64,000 nt of DNA from NCBI GenBank assembly GCA_900316365.1, contig ONCO01000002.1:9431-73430 (forward strand), in the 5' to 3' direction. How positions within the stretch are numbered: the first letter of the stretch is position 1; every line of letters starts with the position of its first letter. This document shows positions 44,429 through 53,383 of this stretch, one piece after another. The position numbers and the translations under genes are program-made. The notes beneath the pieces are model-generated. The model was not told the origin of the DNA. It ran no database searches and saw only the letters and a program-made list of their open reading frames with translations. Source of the stretch: an uncultured Erysipelotrichaceae bacterium (lineage in GTDB: Bacteria; Bacillota_I; Bacilli_A; RFN20; CAG-826).

Positions 44429-46405
44429 CTAAAGTAAAGAAGCAATCTTTTTCGCGACTTCTTCCGCGGTGAAGCCAAGAGCTTTCATGACTTCGTTCGC
44501 TGGAGCGGACTTGCCATAACGGTCGAGACCGATGTTGTACTTGGCATATTTGCCCCAACCGAAGGTGGAAAGCATTTCGAGGGAGATTCTCTTCTCGTGC
44601 GGGAGATGGAGAACGCGGGCTTTGTAGGCTTCGTCCTGCTCTTCGAAGACCTCCATGGATGGCATGGAGACGACTTCGAGGTTGATGCCCTTAGCGGCGA
44701 GAATCTTCGCGGCTTCGATGGCGAGGGAGACTTCGCTGCCGGTGGCAATGATCTGGTAATCAGCCTTCTTTTCGCCTTCATAGACGATGTAGGCACCCTG
44801 GGAGACGCCTCTGACTGAGCTCTTCTCTAAGAGAGGGAGGTTCTGGCGGCTGAGGATAAGGCAGGTCGGGGTCTTTTCGGAGAGAAGGGCCATCTGCCAA
44901 GCGGCATAGGTTTCTCTTTCGTCAGCTGGACGATAGACATGGACGTTCGGGATGCTGCGGAGCATGCAGAGCTGTTCGATTGGCTCGTGGGTTGGACCAT
45001 CTTCGCCAACGGCGATGGAGTCGTGGGAGAAGAGATAGATCGCTGGGAGTTTTTCCATAGCGGCCATACGGATGGCTGGCTTCATGTAATCAGCGAAGAC
45101 TAAGAAGCAGCCGACATAGGTACGGAGACCACCGTGGAGGAGGATACCGTTCTGGGCGCAGCCCATACCGAATTCGCGGATACCCCAGTTGACGTTCTTG
45201 GCTTCTGGGTGCTCAGCGCTGAAGCCCGGGTCGCCAGGAACAGCGGTCTTGACGGAGCCGGCAACGTCGGCGGAACCGCCAAAGGCGAATGGGCACTTGG
45301 CCTGGAAGGCAGCGACGACTTTGCCGCTGGTGTTACGGCTGGCGTCTTTGGATCCAGCAGCGAATTCTGGGATTTCTGGCAAGAATTCCTTGAGGTCGCC
45401 CTTCATCGCTTTCTCGAAGCGGGCATAATCCTCAGGATGTTTGGCGGCATAAGCCTTCATAGCGGCCTCATGGGCGGCATGGGCTTTGGCACCGCGTTCC
45501 GCGAAGTTCTTGGCGAAGTTCGCATAGACTTCTTCAGGAACGGTGAAGGCTGGGTAGTCATAGGCATAGGTTTCCTTGGCTTTCGCGCCTTCTTCGGCGG
45601 TAAGTGGGTTACCATGGCACTTGCAGGAGCCTTCTTTTGGAGAACCGTAACCGATTCTGGTGTGGACGACGATCATGGTTGGCGCGGAGGCGCTCTTCTT
45701 GGCTTCGGCGATGGCCTTGTCGATCGCTTCGACGTCATTGCCGTCGGCGACTTCGAGGACGTTCCATTCGGAGGCCTTGAAGCGGAGTTTCTCGTCTTCG
45801 GTTAAGGAATTGGAGGTTGGACCGTCAAGGGTCGAGGTGTTCTCATCATAGATGAGGATGAGCTTGTTTAACTTGAGATGGCCAGCGAGGGAGATGGCTT
45901 CCTGGGAGATACCTTCTTCAAGGCAGCCGTCACCGCATAAGCAATAGGTGTAATGGCTCATGATTTCCGCGCCTTCTGGGTATTCGGCGGAAACGGCCTT
46001 CTCGGCGATGGCCATACCAACGGCCTGGGCAATGCCCTGACCTAATGGGCCAGCGGTCGCGTCAACGCCCGCGGTGTGACCGAATTCTGGATGGCCAGGG
46101 GTCAAGCTGTCGAGCTGACGGAAGTTCTTTAGGTCCTCGAGGGAAACGGCATAGCCGGCGAGGTGGAGCACCGCGTAGAGAAGCGCGGAGCAGTGACCGG
46201 AGGAGAGAACGAATCTGTCGCGGTTGATCCAGCTTGGGTCCTTAGGATCGGCGACGAGGTGGTTCTTCACCAACGTGTAGATGGCCGGGGCGATGTCGAG
46301 CGGCATGCCTGGGTGGCCGGAGTTGGCCTTCGAGATCTCGTCGATGACCAACGCGCGGATAGCTCCGATGGAGAGCTGATCCAATTTCTTTTCCATTTCT
46401 TCCAT
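44429..46405 (-). CDS. tkt: transketolase
   Basis: SGHPG, GDGCLEEG TPP motif, ...EDGPTHEPIEQL. Start at the ATG 9 nt after SD aaggag. Ends with an in-frame TAG TAG. Confidence 0.96.
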   Translation of the reverse strand: MEEMEKKLDQLSIGAIRALVIDEISKANSGHPGMPLDIAPAIYTLVKNHLVADPKDPSWINRDRFVLSSGHCSALLYAVLHLAGYAVSLEDLKNFRQLDSLTPGHPEFGHTAGVDATAGPLGQGIAQAVGMAIAEKAVSAEYPEGAEIMSHYTYCLCGDGCLEEGISQEAISLAGHLKLNKLILIYDENTSTLDGPTSNSLTEDEKLRFKASEWNVLEVADGNDVEAIDKAIAEAKKSASAPTMIVVHTRIGYGSPKEGSCKCHGNPLTAEEGAKAKETYAYDYPAFTVPEEVYANFAKNFAERGAKAHAAHEAAMKAYAAKHPEDYARFEKAMKGDLKEFLPEIPEFAAGSKDASRNTSGKVVAAFQAKCPFAFGGSADVAGSVKTAVPGDPGFSAEHPEAKNVNWGIREFGMGCAQNGILLHGGLRTYVGCFLVFADYMKPAIRMAAMEKLPAIYLFSHDSIAVGEDGPTHEPIEQLCMLRSIPNVHVYRPADERETYAAWQMALLSEKTPTCLILSRQNLPLLEKSSVRGVSQGAYIVYEGEKKADYQIIATGSEVSLAIEAAKILAAKGINLEVVSMPSMEVFEEQDEAYKARVLHLPHEKRISLEMLSTFGWGKYAKYNIGLDRYGKSAPANEVMKALGFTAEEVAKKIASLL

Positions 46406-46455
46406 GTTTTTCACTCCTTTGACTGGTAGATTTTTGGTAGAAACTAAGTTAATTT

Positions 46456-46472
46456 AATATACTTTGTATATT
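46456..46472. repeat. palindrome AATATAC-ttt-GTATATT overlapping the aspS stop; shares a 15-mer with 14842-14856
   Basis: Flanked by ggtagaaactaagttaat, which resembles 14822-14839 and 6845-6861. Confidence 0.8.
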
Positions 46473-48204
46473 ATTCCTTCTTTAATTCAATGCCAACACA
46501 GTCCATGGCTTCCTGGGAGACCTCACCTGGGGCTTTGCTCATTGGGTCGACGGCCTGGAGGTTCTTCGGGAACGCTTCGACATCACGGATGTTGTCGGTT
46601 CCGGTGAGAATCATGCAAAGGCGATCGAGGCCAAAGGCAATGCCGCCGTGTGGCGGGCAGCCATACTTGAAGGCATCGATGAACCAGCCGAATTTGCGGG
46701 CAACGTCTTCGTCGCTAAGGCCAAGGATCTTGAAGATCTTCCACTGGATGTCATGGTCGTAAATTCGGAGGGTACCACCACCGGCTTCGTAGCCGTTGAT
46801 GATGATGTCATATGCATAAGCGAGGACTTCTTCAGGCTTGGTGTCGAGAAGCTTTAAGTCCTCGTCGCGTGGACGGGTGAATGGATGATGCTCGGCGGTA
46901 TAGCAGCCTGGCTGACCTTCGATTGGGTCGAACATTGGGAAGTCGACAACCCAGAGTAAATCGTAGGTGCCTTCCTTGATTAAGCCCATTTCCTTGGCGA
47001 ATTTGGTGCGGAGAGCGCCGAGTCCGAAGTCGATGTCACGGCGATAAGCGCTAGAGGCAAAGAGGACGAGATCGTCTTCCTTGAGCTCTAAGGCGGCCAT
47101 TAATTCCTTTTGGAGGCCTTCATCCATGAATTTGATGAAGCTGCCGGCGAGAAGACCGTTCTCGACTTTGAGATTCATGACGCCTTTAAGGCCGAACTTT
47201 CTCGCTTCGACGTTTAATTCGTCCATCTTCTTGCGGGAGGTTTCCTTGCCTTTGCCCGGGATAACGATGGCCTTGATGTATTCCTGGCCTTCGAATCCAG
47301 CAAAGCTGGACTTCGCCATGATGGCTTTGACGTCTTTAAGGGTTAAGCCGTAACGAGTATCTGGTTTATCGGAGCCATAAGTGTCCATGGCATCCCAATA
47401 TTTCATGCGGCGTAATGGGAGAGGGACGTCATAATTGACGGTCTCTTTGAAGATCTTGGCTAAGAGGCGTTCCATGATGCCAAGGATCTGATCTTGGTCA
47501 AGGAAGCTCATCTCCATATCGACCTGGGTGAATTCCGGCTGACGGTCGGCGCGGAGGTCTTCGTCGCGGAAGCACTTGGCGATCTGGTAATAACGCTCCA
47601 TGCCACCGATCATAAGGAGCTGCTTAAAGAGCTGCGGGCTCTGTGGGAGCGCGTAGAAACGGCCGTGATGGAGACGGGATGGGACGATATAGTCTCTCGC
47701 GCCTTCTGGGGTCGCAAGGTTAAGGATCGGGGTCTCGATTTCGGTGAAGTTCTCGTTATCGAGGAATTCATGGATGGTGCGAACGATCTTAGCGCGGGTT
47801 TTAAGCCTCTTCTGCATGATCGGGCGACGTAAATCGAGGTAACGGTACTGAAGACGGGTGTCTTCGAGAGCGTCAGTCTTATCGGCGATGATGAATGGGG
47901 TGGTCTCGGCCTTGTTGATGACAACAAGCTTGTCGAGGACGACTTCGACTTCACCGGTTGGGAGGTTAGGATTTGGGACATCCTTCTTCCTGACGGTGCC
48001 GAAAGCCTGGACGACGTATTCGTTACGGACATCCGGGATCTTGGAAGGATCTTCGGCGATAAGCTGGACGATGCCACTGCTATCCCTTAAATCGATGAAG
48101 AGAAGGGAGCCTAAGTTCCTTCTGGTGCTGACCCAGCCGAGCAAAGTAACTTTGCGGCCGACGTCTTTGAGGCGAAGTTCGCCGTTCCTGTCTGTACGTT
48201 CCAT
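46471..48204 (-). CDS. aspS: aspartate--tRNA ligase
   Basis: Class IIb aaRS with OB-fold N-terminus, FRDEDLRADRQPEFTQ and GGIAFGLDR motifs. Confidence 0.97.
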   Translation of the reverse strand: MERTDRNGELRLKDVGRKVTLLGWVSTRRNLGSLLFIDLRDSSGIVQLIAEDPSKIPDVRNEYVVQAFGTVRKKDVPNPNLPTGEVEVVLDKLVVINKAETTPFIIADKTDALEDTRLQYRYLDLRRPIMQKRLKTRAKIVRTIHEFLDNENFTEIETPILNLATPEGARDYIVPSRLHHGRFYALPQSPQLFKQLLMIGGMERYYQIAKCFRDEDLRADRQPEFTQVDMEMSFLDQDQILGIMERLLAKIFKETVNYDVPLPLRRMKYWDAMDTYGSDKPDTRYGLTLKDVKAIMAKSSFAGFEGQEYIKAIVIPGKGKETSRKKMDELNVEARKFGLKGVMNLKVENGLLAGSFIKFMDEGLQKELMAALELKEDDLVLFASSAYRRDIDFGLGALRTKFAKEMGLIKEGTYDLLWVVDFPMFDPIEGQPGCYTAEHHPFTRPRDEDLKLLDTKPEEVLAYAYDIIINGYEAGGGTLRIYDHDIQWKIFKILGLSDEDVARKFGWFIDAFKYGCPPHGGIAFGLDRLCMILTGTDNIRDVEAFPKNLQAVDPMSKAPGEVSQEAMDCVGIELKKE

Positions 48205-48209
48205 TTAAT

Positions 48210-49514
48210 TTATTCCTCGTGATGATGATGTTCGTGCTCGTCTTCTCCGAAGAGGGAATCGAGTTCCTCTTCGAGATTCTCGAGGCTGATTTCTTTCTGT
48301 TCCTGCTTCTCAAGGTCCTTGAGTTGGGCGACGCCCCTCTGGAGTTCTTCTTCGCCGACGATCAAGGCGTAATGGGCCTTTTTCTTCGCGGCTTTCTTAA
48401 ACTGGCTGCCGAGTTTGATGGCGGCAAGAGGCGAATCGCAGGTGTAACCCATGTTGCGGATGGCGCTGACGAGCTCAAAGGACTCATCAAGGACGCTTTC
48501 CCCTACTGGCATGACGTAGATGTCTAAGCCTTCTTCGAGGTCATCTAAGAGGCCATCGTCTTTCATGACGTTGTAGATTCTCTCTAAGCCAAACGCGAAG
48601 CCAACGCCGGCCATCTGAGGTCCGCCAAGGGCTTCGAGGAGGCCGTCATAATGTCCACCGCCAAGGAGCGCGCCATAATCGGCGCCGGTCTTGGAGATCG
48701 CGTGGACTTCGAAGACGACTTCGCCATAGTAATCAAGGCCACGGACAAGGGAATCGTCAATTTCGTATTCGATGTCCATGTCGTTGAGGATGGATAAGGT
48801 CTGGTAGAAACGCTTCTCGCTCTCTTCAGAGAGGTAATCCTTCATCTTTGGAGCGCCTTTGGCGATTTCCTGGTCGTGTTCGACTTTGCAGTCGAGGATA
48901 CGCATTGGGTTGAGCTCAAGGCGTTCATGGCAATCGGCGCACATATCGTCGATATGCTCGGCGAAATAGGCCTTTAAAGCATCGCGATAGGCTTTTCTGG
49001 AAGCCTCGTCGCCAAGGCTATTGATCTTAAGATGCAAACCCTTGAAGCCAAGCATGCCTAAGACCTGCATGGCTAAGCAGATGCATTCCGCGTCGAAACG
49101 GGCGGAATTGACGCCGATGCACTCGACGCCGGCCTGGTGGAACTGGCGGTATCTGCCAAGCTGTGGTCTTTCATAGCGGAAGACTGGGCCGTAATAGAAG
49201 CATTTGATTGGGAGGTCTTCGGTGGCATAGAGCTTATGCTCAACGATGGCTCTCGCGACGCCCGCTGTGAATTCTGGGCGCATGGTGACGGAGCGGTTTC
49301 CTTTATCGAGGAAGGTATACATCTCCTTACGGACGACGTCGCTCCCTTCGCCGGTAGAACGGTTGAAGACATCGGTGTATTCCAAGGTTGGGATGCGGAA
49401 TTCCTGGTAGCCATAAAGCTGGGCCACCGCTTCGAAAACGCGCTCGATATATCTATATCCGTCGGCTTCTTTGCCGAGGATATCGTGTGTTCCTTTAACT
49501 GCAATTGCTGGCAT
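48210..49514 (-). CDS. hisS: histidine--tRNA ligase with His-rich C-terminal tail
   Basis: Class IIa motifs (...RYERPQLGRYRQFHQ..., GGGHYDGL). Start at MPAIAVKGTHD after SD aaagga. C-terminus ...EDEHEHHHHEE. Confidence 0.95.
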   Translation of the reverse strand: MPAIAVKGTHDILGKEADGYRYIERVFEAVAQLYGYQEFRIPTLEYTDVFNRSTGEGSDVVRKEMYTFLDKGNRSVTMRPEFTAGVARAIVEHKLYATEDLPIKCFYYGPVFRYERPQLGRYRQFHQAGVECIGVNSARFDAECICLAMQVLGMLGFKGLHLKINSLGDEASRKAYRDALKAYFAEHIDDMCADCHERLELNPMRILDCKVEHDQEIAKGAPKMKDYLSEESEKRFYQTLSILNDMDIEYEIDDSLVRGLDYYGEVVFEVHAISKTGADYGALLGGGHYDGLLEALGGPQMAGVGFAFGLERIYNVMKDDGLLDDLEEGLDIYVMPVGESVLDESFELVSAIRNMGYTCDSPLAAIKLGSQFKKAAKKKAHYALIVGEEELQRGVAQLKDLEKQEQKEISLENLEEELDSLFGEDEHEHHHHEE

Positions 49515-49528
49515 AGTTTTTCCTTTCT

Positions 49529-51718
49529 TTAGTGAATGACGCGGTTTACTGAGTAAACGCCTTTGACGCCCAAGAGGAGCATGAAGCAATCCTCAAGGAC
49601 CTTCGCGTCAGGGACCGAGATGGTCAGATTAATCACGTCGTTCATCGTTTGGGTGATGAGATGGGCCTTTAAGTCGCTGACAGGGACGCCTTTGCTAGAT
49701 AAGGCGCTAAGCAAGTCGGCGAGGAGGTTCGGCCTATCGTTGGAGTAGACTTCGATATCGACTGGGTAAGAGGAGATACCGAGATTCGCCTTCCAACGCA
49801 CATCAATCAAGCGTTTATGCTCATTGACGACGTTAGGGCAATTTCTCCTATGGATCGTGATTCCTTTGCCTTTGGTGATATAGCCGACGATGTCGTCCCC
49901 TGGGATCGGGCAGCAGCATTGACCGAAGCCGATCGCGAGGTTGGTGACGCCACCAGCGACTTCCACCGGGTTCTTATCATTCGCCGCTTGCGAGGCCTTC
50001 GCCTTGGCAAATGCGGTAAAATCGATAGACTTTTTTCTTCTTTTTACGCCAAGGAAGTCGATGACGGCGCCCGGAGTTGGGTTCTTGGCATTCATCATAA
50101 CGAAGAGATCATCGATGGAATCGCAATGATATTCGTTAAGGACTTTAGGCGTATTGAGGAGACGGTCCATTTCCTCTTCATCGACGCCCTGCATTCTGAA
50201 GGCATCAATGCAGCTAGTGCGGCCGTTACGCACGCGCTCTTCGCGCATGATGTCCGCGTCACGCTTCTGGAGGGCTTTTCTGATATGGGCCTTCGCGCTA
50301 TTGGTTTTGGCGATTTCCAACCACCCTTCGTTTGGGCCGGTCGCGGTCTTGGAGGTTCTGATTTCGCAGATATCGCCGGTCTTAAGGACGGTGTTTAGAG
50401 GCACGCCGACGCCATTGACGACAGCACCAACGCAGGAATCCCCTACTTTCGTATGGATCTTATAGGCGAAGTCGAGAGGCGTAGACCCGGTCGGGAGGTC
50501 AATGACCTTGCCTAACGGGGTGAAGACATAGACATTCGCGCCGAAGACGTCGTTGGTCAAGGCTTCCATATATTCCTTGGCGGTGCCGTCTTGTTGGCCG
50601 GACATATTGACGAAGTCGCGGAACCAATGGAGCTGTTCCTCGATTTCCTTCTGCTCTTCCTTCGCGTTGTAATGCCCGCCTTCTTTGTATTTCCAGTGGG
50701 CCGCGACGCCGGTTTCGGCGATCTTGTCCATCTCTTCGGTACGGATCTGGATTTCGTAGGTCTGACCATCACCCGCCACAACGGAGGTATGGAGAGATTG
50801 ATACATATTCGGCTTCGGCATGGCGATATAGTCTTTGAATCGCCCTGGGATTGGCTTATATGTCTGGTGGATGATACCGAGGATCTCGTAGCAGTTAAGC
50901 TCGGTCTCGGTGATGATACGAATGGCCAAGATATCAAAGATATCGTCGATGGAATGGCCTTTTAAGTACATCTTCCTATAGAGGGAATAGATGGATTTGA
51001 CGCGGGATTCCATGCGGAATGGAATCTTGGAGTTAAGAAGGATATCGGCGATACGTTTCTTCACGCTTTCGAGGGATTCCTTACGGTGCTGGGTCCTCTC
51101 GTTGACGAGCTGAAGGATCTTTTGGTATTTCTCCGGCTCCAGGTACTTAAGGCATAAGTCCTCAAGTTCGCTCTGGATGGTATAAATACCAAGTCGATGG
51201 GCGATCGGGGTGAAAACCTCGAGGGTTTCCTTGGATAAGGCCTTCTGTCTTTCGGCGGAAAGGCTTTGGAGCGTGCGCATGTTATGGAGTCTATCGGCGA
51301 GCTTGACCAAGATGACGCGGACGTCATTGGCCATGCCGAGGAAGATCTTACGATGGTCTTCGGCTTCGAAGTCTTCATCGGTACGCTTGCTTAATTTCAA
51401 ACGCTGAATCTTGGTTAAGGAATCAACGATCTTGGCGACGTCTTCGCCGAATCTATCTTTGATTTCCTCAATCGAGGTATCGGTATCTTCGACCACATCG
51501 TGGAGGAAGCCCGCGGCGATCGTGGCTGGGCCGCCCTGGAGTTGGGCGAGGATATAGGCAACCTCTAATGGGTGATGGATATAAGGCTCACCGCTTTTCC
51601 TCTTTTGGTCCTTATGCTTTTCTTTGGCGAAAAGATAGGCTTTCTCGATCATCTCGCGGTCATGCGGATTGGTGATGTAAGTGTAGAAAACAACCTTGAG
51701 GTCATCAAAGCTGTGCAT
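49529..51718 (-). CDS. relA: bifunctional (p)ppGpp synthetase/hydrolase (RelA/SpoT homolog)
   Basis: HD hydrolase (HHPLEV, HDVVEDT), synthetase domain, TGS and ACT C-terminal domains. Start at MHSFDDL chosen by length comparison. The ORF is open up to 51781. Confidence 0.92.
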   Translation of the reverse strand: MHSFDDLKVVFYTYITNPHDREMIEKAYLFAKEKHKDQKRKSGEPYIHHPLEVAYILAQLQGGPATIAAGFLHDVVEDTDTSIEEIKDRFGEDVAKIVDSLTKIQRLKLSKRTDEDFEAEDHRKIFLGMANDVRVILVKLADRLHNMRTLQSLSAERQKALSKETLEVFTPIAHRLGIYTIQSELEDLCLKYLEPEKYQKILQLVNERTQHRKESLESVKKRIADILLNSKIPFRMESRVKSIYSLYRKMYLKGHSIDDIFDILAIRIITETELNCYEILGIIHQTYKPIPGRFKDYIAMPKPNMYQSLHTSVVAGDGQTYEIQIRTEEMDKIAETGVAAHWKYKEGGHYNAKEEQKEIEEQLHWFRDFVNMSGQQDGTAKEYMEALTNDVFGANVYVFTPLGKVIDLPTGSTPLDFAYKIHTKVGDSCVGAVVNGVGVPLNTVLKTGDICEIRTSKTATGPNEGWLEIAKTNSAKAHIRKALQKRDADIMREERVRNGRTSCIDAFRMQGVDEEEMDRLLNTPKVLNEYHCDSIDDLFVMMNAKNPTPGAVIDFLGVKRRKKSIDFTAFAKAKASQAANDKNPVEVAGGVTNLAIGFGQCCCPIPGDDIVGYITKGKGITIHRRNCPNVVNEHKRLIDVRWKANLGISSYPVDIEVYSNDRPNLLADLLSALSSKGVPVSDLKAHLITQTMNDVINLTISVPDAKVLEDCFMLLLGVKGVYSVNRVIH

Positions 51719-51826
51719 TGGGTATCCGCCATTAGGCGGGAGAGAGTTTGTCGCGTCGTTTCTTTCCATAGACGCAAGCATTATATGCCGAGTTATGCTC
51801 TTCTAAAAGAAGAGAAGTTGAAAGCG

Positions 51827-53383
51827 TCAAATAATCTCTTCCGCAAGAAGCTCCACGCTGCTTCTGCCGCGATACTCATTGCGGCGGAAACTAACCTTCA
51901 AAGACACTTCTTTGAGCGAGCCGATCGCCTCTTCTCCGATCGCGAAGCTAAATAGTCTCGAACCATTAGAAAGCGAGGCGGATAAATAGAGCCCGCCCTT
52001 AAGGTAAGAAAAGGCATTTGTCTCAAGGTTTTCTAAAGCAAACTTCGGGGCTTTCCATTCCTGACCGAATGGGGAGAAAGATTCGATGATGCCGAGGTTT
52101 TCCATCGTGACTTCATCTTGTTCTAATGGAATTAAAGCTTCTTTCTGAGGGTTAAGCTGATACTTCAAGGCGAGGAACAAAAAGTCCTTTTTAAAGGCTT
52201 CGAAATCAGAGGCCTTAATGCTTAAGCCACCCGCTAAGGCGTGGCCTCCGCCGGTCAATAAATGACCTTTTAAAGACTCGAGAGCCTTAACGACGTTGAA
52301 GCCGTCCAAGCTTCTTAAGGAGCCAACCAAAATAGATGGATCTCCCGCTTTTGGAGAAAGGACCACCACTGGTTTCTTGTATTCGTTTAAAAGGCGATTG
52401 GCCACAAGTCCATTCACGCCTTCTTTGAGGTCGGTGACCACGCAGATACCCGCGTCTTCACTGTTTACACGCACGGTCTCGATGGCCTTTTTGCTTTCTT
52501 CTTTCCTTAAAGCGTTCACTTCCTTCATCCAACCCATGATGGCGAAAGAAGCATCAGAGAACGGCTTAGTGAAATAAGAGATCAAACGATTGATGGTATT
52601 ATCCTCCACCATACGCCCGATCGCGTTGATGCACGGGATAAAGACCATCGATAAATCTTCGGCCGATAAAGCACTTTTGCCAAGGAATTCAACAAACTGC
52701 GGGAACTTCTTATCCGCAATCTCCTTTAAGGCCAAACGGACGATGTCCCTATTATAAGTTTGGAGAGGCATCATGTCGCTGATGGTCGAGGTGGCCGCTA
52801 GAGTTAAGAGATATGGGTCTACTTCGTTCAGAATGTAACGGGAGACTAAGAAAGATAAGTAGCCGGCAGAAACTGCCACTTCGCCATACTTTGAAGTGAC
52901 CGGATGGATAATCGCGATTGAAGGCGCTGGACCTTCAAGAGGAATTTCATGATGGTCGATGATGATGACGTCGATCCCCTGCTCCTTTAGATAATCTAGA
53001 GCCTCTTTGGCGGCGACGCCATTATCGACGGTTAAAACCAGGCTAAAGCCTTTAGAGGCAATCTTCTCCGCGTTAGCCCTATTGATGCCATAGCCATCAA
53101 GATAACGGCTAGGAATATAAGTCGCGGCCTCTATCCCCATCGAAGCCAAGGTTAGCTTCATGATGGAGGTAGACATGATGCCATCTGTATCGTAGTCGCC
53201 GTAGATGATGACCTTTTCGTTGTTCTCCTTCGCTTTGAGGAGTCGCTCCTTAATGATCCTAAGGTTAGCTTCGTCATCTAGAGGAGGTATCGAAGAAAAA
53301 GAAGGCTCACGCGTCAAAACGCGGTAGCCTTCCTGGTTTAAACCATAGTAATCGAGGAGTTTCGAGAGAAAATCGCCCTTCAT
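51827..53383 (-). CDS. recJ: single-stranded-DNA-specific exonuclease RecJ (short form)
   Basis: DHH motifs (IYGDYDTDG, IIIDHHE) and DHHA1 GGGHALAGG. TAATG overlap with secDF. Confidence 0.9.
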   Translation of the reverse strand: MKGDFLSKLLDYYGLNQEGYRVLTREPSFSSIPPLDDEANLRIIKERLLKAKENNEKVIIYGDYDTDGIMSTSIMKLTLASMGIEAATYIPSRYLDGYGINRANAEKIASKGFSLVLTVDNGVAAKEALDYLKEQGIDVIIIDHHEIPLEGPAPSIAIIHPVTSKYGEVAVSAGYLSFLVSRYILNEVDPYLLTLAATSTISDMMPLQTYNRDIVRLALKEIADKKFPQFVEFLGKSALSAEDLSMVFIPCINAIGRMVEDNTINRLISYFTKPFSDASFAIMGWMKEVNALRKEESKKAIETVRVNSEDAGICVVTDLKEGVNGLVANRLLNEYKKPVVVLSPKAGDPSILVGSLRSLDGFNVVKALESLKGHLLTGGGHALAGGLSIKASDFEAFKKDFLFLALKYQLNPQKEALIPLEQDEVTMENLGIIESFSPFGQEWKAPKFALENLETNAFSYLKGGLYLSASLSNGSRLFSFAIGEEAIGSLKEVSLKVSFRRNEYRGRSSVELLAEEII

